A stretch of 48,081 nucleotides of DNA, taken from the NCBI GenBank assembly GCA_043782365.1, contig JAYWAO010000593.1, positions 1 to 48,081 on the forward strand, in the 5' to 3' direction. Positions 26,101 through 34,092 of this stretch are shown piece after piece; within the stretch, counting starts at the first letter, position 1, and the number at the start of each line of letters is the position of its first letter. The notes under the pieces were generated by a model. That model worked only from the letters and a program-made list of their open reading frames with translations, did not search any database and was not told the origin of the DNA. This DNA is from Deltaproteobacteria bacterium (GTDB lineage Bacteria; Myxococcota; Myxococcia; Myxococcales; 40CM-4-68-19). Made by a program: the position numbers and the translations under genes.

Positions 26101-27326
26101 GCCGGAGCGGAGTTCGCCTCGACAAAGGAAAGCGCCATCACCAACTGCAGCGCGCGGCCAGCGGCGATCGCGACCGCCTGGCCCGGGATGCGCGTCTCCG
26201 CCACCGGGCTGCCATCGGCGGCCTTGGCTGGCGCCACCGAGAGGTCGAACGTGCCCGTGCCCAGCTTGGCGCCGGGCGGCGCGAGGTCGGCGAAGCGCGA
26301 CAGCAGCAGGCCCAGGTCGGCGTGGCCTGACGCCGCGCGCAGCACGAGCCCCTGCTTCGCGTCGTCGTGCAGCTCCACCTCGGCCGAGAGCTTCGCCGCG
26401 CCGTCCACCAGCGAGAGCGCCTCGACGCGCGCGACCACCAGATCGTGCTCGGGCTCGAAGCCCAGATGCGTCCGCAGGCCGAGCAGGGGGCCCTCGGGCA
26501 GCGCGGGCGCGAGGTCGTGCTTCTTCACCGCGACCTCGAGGGTGACAAGGCAGTCGCGCGGCTTGCAGGCGAGGCCCAGCGCGGCCTCTAGCAAAAGCGA
26601 GCGCGCCGACCCGGCGACCTCCTGGCCTCCCGCGCCGAGCTCCGTGCGCACCACCTCGAGCGCGAGCGGCTTGCTCGTGGTGCCCGACTCGAAGACCGCG
26701 TCGAGGGCCCCGGCGCCCGCGAGCGCCTGGCCCGTCATCGCGAGCGTCCCGATGTCGAGGCGCTCGTACGCGGCGCCCGCCCGGGTCTTCAGCACGGTCA
26801 CGGTGGCGCCCTCGATGAGCAGCCGCTCGAGAGAGACCTGGGACTTCGGCAGGTACTTCTCGATCAGGTGCGCGAGCGGCGGCGTCGGCGGCGGCGGCCC
26901 GGTGATGGCGAGCCGCTGGGTGTTCCACCGCTCGAGCGAGCTCCCGCCGTGCTCGTCCTGGACGACCGCCAGCGCGAGCCCGCTCAGCTTCAGCTCGCCG
27001 AGTCTGGTGCCGAGCAGCGCTCCCACCGACCAGCCGACGTGCAGCTCCTTGATTGTGACCAGATTGGGGGCGACGGCCCGGTCGGCCGGCGCGGAGGGGA
27101 ACGTCACGTCGTAGAGCGACAGCCCGCCGGAGAGCGAGCCCTCGGCGCGGGCGTAGTCGAGGTCGATGCCGCCCCTGTCGTGCGCGGCGGCCCGGATGCG
27201 GCTGCGGAGCGGCGCGGAGTCGAGGTGGCTGAGGACCACGGAGGCCGTCACCACGGCGAGCAGGCCAACGAGCGCGAGCCCGCCGAGCGCAAAGGCAAGG
27301 ACACGCACCACGCGACGAGCGATCAC
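23118..27326 (-). CDS. Giant AsmA-like / YdbH-family membrane-anchored protein (about 1400 aa)
   Basis: ORF 23118..27386. I prefer GTG 27326 (VIARRVVRVLAFALGGLALVGLLAVV TM anchor, GGAGGGG 8 nt upstream) because the 20 codons after ATG 27386 use rare codons. Long beta-rich repetitive body. Operon context with a DUF1318 gene, as in E. coli ydbH-ynbE-ydbL. Confidence 0.6.
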   Translation of the reverse strand: MIARRVVRVLAFALGGLALVGLLAVVTASVVLSHLDSAPLRSRIRAAAHDRGGIDLDYARAEGSLSGGLSLYDVTFPSAPADRAVAPNLVTIKELHVGWSVGALLGTRLGELKLSGLALAVVQDEHGGSSLERWNTQRLAITGPPPPTPPLAHLIEKYLPKSQVSLERLLIEGATVTVLKTRAGAAYERLDIGTLAMTGQALAGAGALDAVFESGTTSKPLALEVVRTELGAGGQEVAGSARSLLLEAALGLACKPRDCLVTLEVAVKKHDLAPALPEGPLLGLRTHLGFEPEHDLVVARVEALSLVDGAAKLSAEVELHDDAKQGLVLRAASGHADLGLLLSRFADLAPPGAKLGTGTFDLSVAPAKAADGSPVAETRIPGQAVAIAAGRALQLVMALSFVEANSAPAGAPAVPARVRAVALTMRAAGGDATLEGKLQGLSQGPGDKPALEVDDLALLATLKPRADGKVDVHASMPLSHLVQRGLALVELRKLTLGVDGVLAQGAKEATGQALVQRFDGEVTMGLGELRQSAKGAVATVEGLQLALGLRDVRFAQGHPAQTQATVALEGKIAAVTQTQGKKKTQATGLGVALATQVHGKSLARTVFKLPTGKVGIEDGGGGPRLAPQPASLTVEVEPLELTALDPTQQLKLRATLALGPLQVETAIDRKGSEVAFELDASAAELGPLSELLRGALPANERAAWAGTGLSWKTKGRARGIDRRQTMTVEQESLGTLTKLSVQRPGLDFTTREAALKLSTRGTLQRHTFEAALVLADPRLNGRGGAGKQTLSCGGSYDLSKPRLDVKLAGDGVLGPDGQLSLGVAFDPPTRRLTYQLDGGFKHLGLAGVLLPAATLAKHHVRFDSLAVKAHAEGALTSVVAKYTPGLPPKFVFEPAPLTAIRGTTSLDFTVTGLNYGGASDLHAVLPALTLHLQTQADPKKLHAEASLDLPALLTRASGHKYRGEKLGASLVVDSQGDLETGTATAKAGFTAASLVQDAAPQYPLGDVELAIAARADAKGSVRIESASFTNALGGTRLDLHGGLDLGPLDPNLDLKTATRSLARAFAGSLIPGRRNLLIEGVLSQRLDAVNGSPSGAGAPLGKGTVTVPFRVESGDLSYLRATAGLKFEEVDLAMPAQGLAVKGLNGFIPVAQDLLLGDNGGFTRVFGATTSAYSRLRFAEQQPFTADTPFVTAQRIEVDLSKKGVATAEAPRTIVLGPLAANLRIDRNLVAIDQLELELLQGKVSGQILIDGQAEDTQLSFRGAVTGLVTAGEKERLDANAALVLWPERRLLEGRIELVRLGTSHLRGLLDLYDPFHADIAANRMRRGLQFGYPKSVRMGFHDGFATLALELGGLASAVRIDEIRGTAIGPVLERYLARPVPPEPETTPSAAPAASQEEGTR

Positions 27327-27536
27327 TGCGGCACCCCTCCGACCCAATTTCGGGCAGCAGCCCCGAGTATGCGAAGAACGTACCATGACGTAACGCGTCG
27401 CCGGCCGGAGGGCTCCATCGGGGGCGGGCCTCCTGCGTTGCGCCGGAATACGTTCGCTGAACGAGGCCGTGGCCAGCCAGCAGCGCGGCCAAGAGGAGGT
27501 CGAGCAGCCGCGCGCGGAGGGCGTCCCGTGCGCGGG

Positions 27537-28535
27537 TCAAGGAGCGAGGCCTCCAGCGGCCAGGCGGCGGGCGAGCTCGAAGTAGAGGGGCACGCCGAAG
27601 AGCACGTTGAACGGGAAGGTGATCGCCAGCGCCGCCGTCAGGTAGAGCGTCGGGTTGGCCTCGGGCAGCGTCAGGCGGACCGCGGGCGGGGCCGCGATGT
27701 AGGAGGCGCTCGCCGCCATCGCGCCCAGCACCGACGCGCCGCCGGGCGAGAGGCCCGCCAGGGTCCCCAGCCAGACGCCGAGCGCGCCGTGCAGCACCGG
27801 GACGACCACCGCGAAGGCCACCAGGAACGGGCCGACCTTGCGCAGGTCGCCCAGCCGCGCGCCCGCCAGCACCCCCAGCTCCAGCATGAAGAGGCAGAGG
27901 GCGCCGCGGAACACCGCGCCCTTGGTGTCGTAGAAGGGCTCGATCGCCTTCCAGCCCCGGTCGCCGATGAGGAAGCCGACGGCGAGGCCGCCCACCAGCA
28001 GGACCATGGTCCGGCCCGTCAGGACCTCGTGGAGCAGCGCGCTGACCGGCCGGCCGCCTGCCTTGGCGGTGCCGATCACGCCGATCGCCAGCGCCACATG
28101 GATGCCCGGGCTCTCCAGGAGCGCCAGCAGCGTGGGCATGAACCCCTCGGCCTCGAACCCCTGCGCCTTGGCGAAGCTGCTGGCGACGATGAAGGTGACC
28201 GCCGAGACCGAGCCGTAGTGGGCGGCGAGGCCCGCGGCGTCCGCCACCCCGAAGCGGCCGAGCCTGCGCAGCAGCAGATAGGCGCTCACCGGCGTGAAGA
28301 GACCCAAGAGGAGCGTCACCGCGGCGGGCCCGGCGATGGCGCGCAGCGAGGCGTGGTGCAGCTCGAGCCCGCCCTGCAGGCCCAGCGACCAGAGCAGGAA
28401 GATGGAGAGGCCCGCGTAGACGTCCTTCGGCAGCGAGAACTCGCTCTTCACCGCGCGGGCGCCGAGGCCGAGCGCAAAGGCGAGGGGGACGGGGGCCAGC
28501 AGGTTCGCCGAGAGGGTCTGCGCGAGGTCGCTCAT
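27537..28535 (-). CDS. SbtA-like sodium-dependent bicarbonate transporter family permease (DUF897)
   Basis: C-terminal 332 codons of ORF 27537..29597, starting MSDLAQTLSANLLAPVPLAFALG. Clear colinear similarity to the SbtA-family layout (…HYGSVSAVTF…, …FRGALCLFMLELG…, …ASASYIAAP…). Confidence 0.8.
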   Translation of the reverse strand: MSDLAQTLSANLLAPVPLAFALGLGARAVKSEFSLPKDVYAGLSIFLLWSLGLQGGLELHHASLRAIAGPAAVTLLLGLFTPVSAYLLLRRLGRFGVADAAGLAAHYGSVSAVTFIVASSFAKAQGFEAEGFMPTLLALLESPGIHVALAIGVIGTAKAGGRPVSALLHEVLTGRTMVLLVGGLAVGFLIGDRGWKAIEPFYDTKGAVFRGALCLFMLELGVLAGARLGDLRKVGPFLVAFAVVVPVLHGALGVWLGTLAGLSPGGASVLGAMAASASYIAAPPAVRLTLPEANPTLYLTAALAITFPFNVLFGVPLYFELARRLAAGGLAP

Positions 28536-28583
28536 GGCCGCCTCTTGCCCGGCGGGCGGTCCCAGGTGCAAGGATATGCTATG

Positions 28584-28605
28584 AAACGATGCAACCCATC
28601 GTTTT
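28584..28605. promoter_or_regulatory. Perfect 8-bp inverted repeat AAACGATG-N6-CATCGTTT, a candidate LysR-type operator
   Basis: Located in the 75-bp AT-richer divergent sbtA-like/lysR intergenic region, just upstream of the preferred LysR start (28611). Confidence 0.4.
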
Positions 28606-28610
28606 TGGTT

Positions 28611-29528
28611 ATGCGTCTGCCTCGGAGCCGGCTTCGCTTGAACTACCACCACCTCCACTACTTCTCCGCGGTGGCGCGGGCCGGGTCGGTGGTCCAGGCC
28701 GCCCGTGACCTCGGCGTCTCGCAGCCCACCATCAGCGCGCAGCTGCGCCTGCTCGAGGAGGCGCTCGGGGAGAAGCTGCTGCAGCGGCGCGGCCGCGGAC
28801 TGCGTCTGACCGAGATGGGCCTGCTCGTGCAGCGCTACGCCGAGGAGATCTTCCACCTCGGCGCCGAGCTGGAGGAGGCGGTGCGCGGCAGGCCCACCAG
28901 CGGGCCGCAGCGCTTCACGGTGGGCATCTCCGACTCCCTGCCCAAGCTCACCACGCTGCGCCTGCTGCAGCCCGCGCTGGAGGCGCAGCCTGCCTTCCGC
29001 CTGGTCCTGCGCATCGACAAGACGGCGCGCCTGCTGGCCGACCTCGCCACCCTCGGGCTCGACCTGGTGCTCGCCGACCAGCCGGCCCCGCCCGGCCTCG
29101 AGGTGAACGCCTTCAGCCACCTGCTCGGCGAGAGCGGCGTGGCGGTGTTCGGAGCGCCCGCGCTGGCCGACCGCTACCGGCGCGGCTTTCCCCGCTCCCT
29201 GCAGGGCGCGCCCTTCGTGCTGCCCTCGGCCGGCACCGCCCTGCGCCGGTCGCTCGACCAGTGGTTCACCGCCCGGCAGGTGCGCCCGCAGGTCGTCGCC
29301 GAGGCCGACGACCTGGGCCTCCTCCAGATCCTCGGCCAGCAGGGTCTGGGACTGTTTGCCGCGCCCGCGGTGGCAGCGGAGTTCATCAAGGCCCAGCATG
29401 GCGTCCGCACCCTCGGCGTGCTCTCGGGTGTGAAAGAGCGGTTCTACGCCCTCACCGTGGAGCGGCGGCTTCGCCACCCGGCGGCGGTCGCGATCCAGGC
29501 GGCGGCGCGGAGCGACCTCTTCGCGTGA
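28611..29528 (+). CDS. LysR-family transcriptional regulator (NhaR-like)
   Basis: MRLPRSRLRLNYHHLHYFSAVARAGSVVQAARDLGVSQPTISAQLRLLEEALG is the HTH region, followed by a LysR substrate-binding domain. ATG 28581 is an alternative start. Confidence 0.85.
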   Translation: MRLPRSRLRLNYHHLHYFSAVARAGSVVQAARDLGVSQPTISAQLRLLEEALGEKLLQRRGRGLRLTEMGLLVQRYAEEIFHLGAELEEAVRGRPTSGPQRFTVGISDSLPKLTTLRLLQPALEAQPAFRLVLRIDKTARLLADLATLGLDLVLADQPAPPGLEVNAFSHLLGESGVAVFGAPALADRYRRGFPRSLQGAPFVLPSAGTALRRSLDQWFTARQVRPQVVAEADDLGLLQILGQQGLGLFAAPAVAAEFIKAQHGVRTLGVLSGVKERFYALTVERRLRHPAAVAIQAAARSDLFA

Positions 29529-29615
29529 GGCGCGATGCCGCGGCGGCTCGGGCGCACTGGTTGCAACGCGCCCGCTGCAGCAGTCGCACGCAACCAATCC
29601 TCACGGAGGTGTCTC

Positions 29616-29963
29616 ATGCGCGGTTCCACGCTGTTCCTGCTCGCTGCCGGTACCCTGCTCCTCGCCATGCCCGCCCGGGCCGAAGTCGACAAGAAGATCG
29701 AGCGCACCTGGAAGGCCAAGTGCAGCTCCTGCCACGGCGCCGACGGCAAGGGCCAGACCGACACCGGCAAGAAGATGGGCGTCAAGGACTACACCACCGC
29801 CGAGTGGCAGAAGAGCCGCACCGACGCGCAGCTCAAGGAGGCGATCCTGAACGGCATCAACCGCGAGGAGGGCGGGAAGAAGCAGGAGATGGACGGCTAC
29901 CAGGGCAAGCTCGACGACCAGGTGGACGGGCTGATCGCGCTCGTGCGCGGCCTGAAGAAGTAA
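29616..29963 (+). CDS. Small periplasmic monohaem class-I cytochrome c
   Basis: ORF 29535..29963 trimmed to MRGSTLFLLAAGTLLLAMPARA (RBS GGAGG at 29605). Single CSSCH and a distal Met candidate (QEMDGY). Confidence 0.8.
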   Translation: MRGSTLFLLAAGTLLLAMPARAEVDKKIERTWKAKCSSCHGADGKGQTDTGKKMGVKDYTTAEWQKSRTDAQLKEAILNGINREEGGKKQEMDGYQGKLDDQVDGLIALVRGLKK

Positions 29964-30116
29964 CACTGTTGGTTCACGTCGTGCCGCGAGCCCGGACCGC
30001 CCAGCAGGCCCGGGTTCGCCGACCCGCAAGGCCTGCGTAAGTGTCTGACTGTTGCGCGCTCTCTGCGGACCTTCGTCAGAGTGGAAAAACACACGCCGCG
30101 CGGCGGGGTCCGATGG

Positions 30117-30449
30117 CTATCGCGACAGGTCGGCGCCCGGGATCCAGGCGGCCGCCCCGAAAGCCGCCGATGAAGCGCGCCTCGGCCACCTCCAGCACCC
30201 AGCGGGCCCGCCCGTTGCTGCTGCTGCTGCCAGAACGAAGAGGCTCGCGCGCGGATCGGCGAGGACATTCTTGGTGTGCTCGGCGAGCGCGCTGAAGGCG
30301 AAGAGCGGCGCTCCCCGCGGGGTCAGCGCAAACGGTGCGAGGGAGCCCATCGGCCACCCGGGCTGGTGGGATCGCCGCAAGGTCGAGAGCACGCCGTAGC
30401 GCGCGCCAGCGAGAAGGGACTGCGCGGCCTGTGCTGCGTCGGCGGGCAT
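30117..30449 (-). pseudogene. Decayed PNPOx-like/HugZ-family FMN-binding protein gene (internal deletion plus frameshifts)
   Basis: Frame 1 reads MPADAAQAAQSLLAGARYGVLSTL...PFALTPRGAPLFAFSALAEHTKNVLADPRASLFVL, then nonsense. The expected C-terminal motif appears split over two frames (WVLEVAEARFIGGF in one frame, GAAAWIPGADL in the other). About 55 aa of the family core is missing next to a (GCA)5 run at 30216-30230. Confidence 0.5.
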
Positions 30450-30604
30450 CGCTGCGCTCCGCTCTCCGAGTGGCTCCGAGGCCAATAGCGCGCGCCGCGA
30501 GGCCGCGTCCAACCAGCCGCAGCGGCAATGCACCGCAGCCACCGGCGGGGCGCCCCTCGATTGCGGCCTGCGATCTGCATAGGCGCGAGCGGAGGAGGTC
30601 TGCA

Positions 30605-31732
30605 ATGAGAACCACACCCTACGTGCTGCTCGCGCTCGCGCTCGGGGCCGCTCCCCTTGCGTCGCGCGCGGAGGAGCCCGCGCCCGCCGGGACGGTCTCC
30701 GCGACATCGACGCCCACCGCCGGACCGACGCCCGCCGCAGCGCTCCCCACCAACGCCACCGAGACCGAGAAGTGTCTGGTCTGCCACGGCAAGGACGCCG
30801 GTGAGCTGCTGCTGGAGTCCGGCGAGACCCTGAGCCTCGCGGTCGATCCCGCCGCGATGGCCGCCTCGGCCCACGGCCGCAAGGTGGTCTGCTCCGACTG
30901 CCACCAGGACCTGCTCGACGCCGAGACCCCGCACCGGAAGCTGCGCCTCGCCAGCAAGCGCGACTTCGCGATCCAATTCTCCGAGGGCTGCAAGAAGTGC
31001 CACGCGGCGAACTACACCGACACCCTCGACAGCGTGCACCGCGAGCAGATCACCAAGGGCAAGCGCACGGCTGCGGTCTGCTCCGACTGCCACGGCGCCC
31101 ACGACATCACGCCCGCCGCGGAGCCCCGCTCGAAGATCGCGCGGACCTGCGCCACCTGCCACGAGAAGATCTCCGCCGCCTATGTCGGCAGCGTGCACGG
31201 CAAGGCGCTCAGCACGGGCAATGAGGACGTGCCCACCTGCACCGACTGCCACCGCTCGCACGCCATCGCCGACGCGAGGGCGGGCGCGTTCCGGCTGAAG
31301 ACGCCCGAGACGTGCGGCAACTGCCACGCCAATGAGAAGCTGATGGGCAAGTACCAGCTCTCCACCAACGTGCTGCAGAGCTACCTCTCCGACTTCCACG
31401 GCACCACCGTGGCGATGCAGGCCGGCGAGGAGGGCGCGCAGCCGGTGGTGGCGCTCTGCACCGACTGCCACGGCGTGCACGACATCACCAGGGTGAGCGA
31501 CCCCAGCTCGCGGGTGATCAAGGCGAACCTGCTCGTCACCTGCAAGAAGTGCCACCCGGACGCGCGGGCCGACTTCCCGGCCTCGTGGCTCTCGCACTAC
31601 CAGCCTTCGCTGCAGAAGGCGCCGCTCGTCTTCCTCGTCAAGGCGGCCTACTGGTTCTTCATTCCCTTCATGATCGGCGGCCTGGCCCTGCAGATCGTGC
31701 TGCACCTCTGGCGCATGATCGTCAACCGGTGA
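30605..31732 (+). CDS. Nine-haem c-type cytochrome with signal peptide and C-terminal TM anchor (CbcL c-domain-like)
   Basis: ORF 30335..31732 trimmed to MRTTPYVLLALALGAAPLASRA (RBS GGAGGAGG). Nine CxxCH motifs: CLVCH, CSDCH, CKKCH, CSDCH, CATCH, CTDCH, CGNCH, CTDCH, CKKCH. C-terminal helix YWFFIPFMIGGLALQIVL. Confidence 0.85.
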   Translation: MRTTPYVLLALALGAAPLASRAEEPAPAGTVSATSTPTAGPTPAAALPTNATETEKCLVCHGKDAGELLLESGETLSLAVDPAAMAASAHGRKVVCSDCHQDLLDAETPHRKLRLASKRDFAIQFSEGCKKCHAANYTDTLDSVHREQITKGKRTAAVCSDCHGAHDITPAAEPRSKIARTCATCHEKISAAYVGSVHGKALSTGNEDVPTCTDCHRSHAIADARAGAFRLKTPETCGNCHANEKLMGKYQLSTNVLQSYLSDFHGTTVAMQAGEEGAQPVVALCTDCHGVHDITRVSDPSSRVIKANLLVTCKKCHPDARADFPASWLSHYQPSLQKAPLVFLVKAAYWFFIPFMIGGLALQIVLHLWRMIVNR

Positions 31733-31739
31733 GGACCCA

Positions 31740-32495
31740 ATGACCACTTCAACGATCGCTCCCACCAGCAGGCCGGGCGCGATTCCCAAGAGCCATCCAT
31801 TGGACGCCTATCTCGTCCGCTTCAACCTGTGGCAGCGCACCGAGCACTTCCTGGTGATGACCGTCTTCACCTTGCTCGTCGTCACCGGCATGCCGCAGAA
31901 GTACTCGACGGCGGGCTTCTCCGCCGCGGTGGTCCACTTGTTCGGCGGGATCACCGCGACCCGCAACGTCCATCGGGTGGCGGGGTTCGTCTTTGCATTC
32001 CTGATGGCACTCCACCTCGGCCTCGTCATCTGGAAGACCGCCACCAAGCGCTTCGAGCTGCTCACCATGGTGCCCGACCAGAAGGACTTCAGGGACGCCC
32101 TCCAGACGCTGCGCTACTACGTCGGCCTGGAGAAGGCGCACGCGCGGTTCGATCGCTTCGACTACCGGCAGAAGTTCGAATACTGGGGAATGCTCGCCGG
32201 CTCGCTGATCATGGTGCTGACCGGGCTGGTGCTCTACTTCCCCGCCCTGGTGGCGCGGCTCCTGCCCGGGCAGCTGATCCCGGTGGCGAAGGTGGCCCAC
32301 AGCAACGAGGGGCTGCTGGCGACGCTGGTGATCATCGTCTGGCACATCTACAACGCCCACCTGAACCCCGACGTCTTCCCCTTCGACCCCAGCATCTTCA
32401 CGGGCAAGATCAGCCGCGAGCGGATGGAGAAGGAGCACCCGCTGGAGCTGGAGCGGCGCGAAGAGGCCGGGCGCGCGCACCCGCCGGAGCGGTAG
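31740..32495 (+). CDS. FdnI/HydC-type (cytochrome b561-like, PF01292-type) membrane b cytochrome
   Basis: 251 aa with 4 TM helices and conserved His residues (RTEHF, NVHRV, HSNE, WHIYNAH). Starts 7 nt after the nine-haem gene. Confidence 0.85.
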   Translation: MTTSTIAPTSRPGAIPKSHPLDAYLVRFNLWQRTEHFLVMTVFTLLVVTGMPQKYSTAGFSAAVVHLFGGITATRNVHRVAGFVFAFLMALHLGLVIWKTATKRFELLTMVPDQKDFRDALQTLRYYVGLEKAHARFDRFDYRQKFEYWGMLAGSLIMVLTGLVLYFPALVARLLPGQLIPVAKVAHSNEGLLATLVIIVWHIYNAHLNPDVFPFDPSIFTGKISRERMEKEHPLELERREEAGRAHPPER

Positions 32496-32498
32496 GCC

Positions 32499-33515
32499 GT
32501 GGCCCGCTACTGCGGGCAGGCCATCATCGATGCGCTGGTGGCGGCGGTGGTGGTGGAGCTCCTGATCCGGGCCTGGCGCGAGGCCGCGCCTGGACAGCGG
32601 ATCCGGCTGCGGCAGTTGGTGCTCGCGCTCGCGCTGGTGGCGGTGCCGCTGCTCGACCGCCTCCTGCCGCAGCGGCGCGAGGAGTGGTTCGAGGAGCGGG
32701 TGGCGCTGCTCACCACCCGCCACTGGGCGGAGCTGACGGTGGGCGGCGTGGGTCTGCCTCTGCTCTTCCTCGGCGCGCTCAGCGCGGGCGGGCTCGCGCT
32801 GTTCCTCGCCGACCTGATCCCCTTCCTGCGGCAGCTGCGATCCGGCGAGGGCGCCGCTTCGAGGTCGATGGTCGCGTCGCTCACCGGGGCGGCGGCCGCG
32901 GACTCCGGACAGGCGGCGAGTCCCGACGGCGCCCGCGTCCAGCGCGAGCTGGCGCGCCTGTGCAGCCAGAGCGGTCGCGCGGCCCCGCGCCTGACGCTGA
33001 GCGACGAGCGCGCGCCGATCCTCCTCTGCCGCGGCGTCCGCGCACCGGAGATCCTCGTCTCGCGCGGCGCCCTCGCCCTGCTCGACGACGCGGAGCTTCG
33101 AGGGGCGCTGGCCCACGAGCTCGCCCACCTGGACCGCAGGGACCCCGCGTGGAGCTGGGTGCTGCTCGGCGTCCGCGCGCTGCAGGCCTTCAACCCGGTG
33201 GTGCAGGTCGTGGTGCGGGCGCTCGCGCAGGACGCGGAGCGGCAGGCCGACGACCTCGCCGCGCTCGCCACCGGCGACCGCCTCGCGCTCGCCTCCGCCA
33301 TCGTCAAGCTCTCCCGGGGCTCCGCGGCCGGCAGCGGCGAGCTCCTCTGGGGGCAGCTCCTGGCGCGAGCCCGCGCGCGCTCTCGCGTCGCGTCGATCGA
33401 GGGGCGGTGCCGCCGGTTGCTGGGTCCCGTCTGTCCGGAGCCCGCGCCCCACGCGGGCCTGCGGCTCGCGGCGGCAGGGCTCTCGCTGCTCGGTCTCTTG
33501 ATGTTCGTGGTCTAG
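32499..33515 (+). CDS. BlaR1/MecR1-type M56 family membrane metalloprotease-like protein
   Basis: GTG start 3 nt after the cytochrome b stop. TM helices. HELAHLDRRDP matches the M56 HExxH...D signature. Terminal TM helix. Confidence 0.7.
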   Translation: MARYCGQAIIDALVAAVVVELLIRAWREAAPGQRIRLRQLVLALALVAVPLLDRLLPQRREEWFEERVALLTTRHWAELTVGGVGLPLLFLGALSAGGLALFLADLIPFLRQLRSGEGAASRSMVASLTGAAAADSGQAASPDGARVQRELARLCSQSGRAAPRLTLSDERAPILLCRGVRAPEILVSRGALALLDDAELRGALAHELAHLDRRDPAWSWVLLGVRALQAFNPVVQVVVRALAQDAERQADDLAALATGDRLALASAIVKLSRGSAAGSGELLWGQLLARARARSRVASIEGRCRRLLGPVCPEPAPHAGLRLAAAGLSLLGLLMFVV

Positions 33516-33531
33516 GAAGGAGGAGGCGCCC

Positions 33532-34092
33532 ATGGCGGCAGCGACGCAGAGCATGGGACGCGACCTCACCTCGCTGGCCCTGGTGCTGGCGCTGGTGGCG
33601 GGTGGCCTGCGCCTGCTCGACACGCTGCCGCAGCGGCTCGCCGAGCTCACCGAATACAGGGGCGGCCGGCCGTTCGCGCAGATCTCCGAGGTGGAGCGCC
33701 GGCTGGGCGAGCGCCTGGCGCTGCCCGCGTACTTCCCGCAGACGCTGCGCTGGCCGCCGGCGCGGATCCGCGTCGCGGGCGCGCGCCCCGCGCAGGTGCT
33801 GCTCGCCTTCGACGCCGCGACCGGGAGCGGCGAGCGGCTGCTCTTCGCGCAGAGCGTGGGCGGCGTCGAGGAGCCGACTGCGCCGCTCTGGCCCGACGGC
33901 GTGCTGCTCGACTCCGCGGGCGTGGGCCTGCAGCAGACCACCGGCGTGCTCGAGCGGCTGCTCGCGCCCGATGGACGGATCTGGCACCAGGTGCGCTGGG
34001 AGCGGTGGGGAAGGCTGCTGGTGCTGCGGTCCGCGGGCGGCCCAGAGGAGCTGATGACGCTGGCGCGCAGCGTGCGGCGGGAGGGGCCATGA
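33532..34092 (+). CDS. Membrane-anchored hypothetical protein (weak DUF4367-like layout)
   Basis: 186 aa. RBS GGAAGGAGGAGG. N-terminal TM helix. High GC3. Its stop overlaps the kinase ATG (ATGA). Confidence 0.5.
   Translation: MAAATQSMGRDLTSLALVLALVAGGLRLLDTLPQRLAELTEYRGGRPFAQISEVERRLGERLALPAYFPQTLRWPPARIRVAGARPAQVLLAFDAATGSGERLLFAQSVGGVEEPTAPLWPDGVLLDSAGVGLQQTTGVLERLLAPDGRIWHQVRWERWGRLLVLRSAGGPEELMTLARSVRREGP

Noticed and set aside
23301-26330. 1009-aa plus-strand ORF, and the related 603-aa, 708-aa and 743-aa ORFs at 23386..25197, 24988..27114 and 25309..27540
   Set aside because: All are antisense or out of frame relative to the giant YdbH-like gene. Their composition is dominated by R, G, A, E and P, and they have no motifs.
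27327-27386. ATG 27386 as the start of the giant YdbH-like gene
   Set aside because: The first 20 codons use rare codons (GTA CGT TCT TCG CAT ACT). A GTG at 27326 with a GGAGGGG Shine-Dalgarno sits directly before the TM anchor. I kept ATG 27386 only as an alternative.
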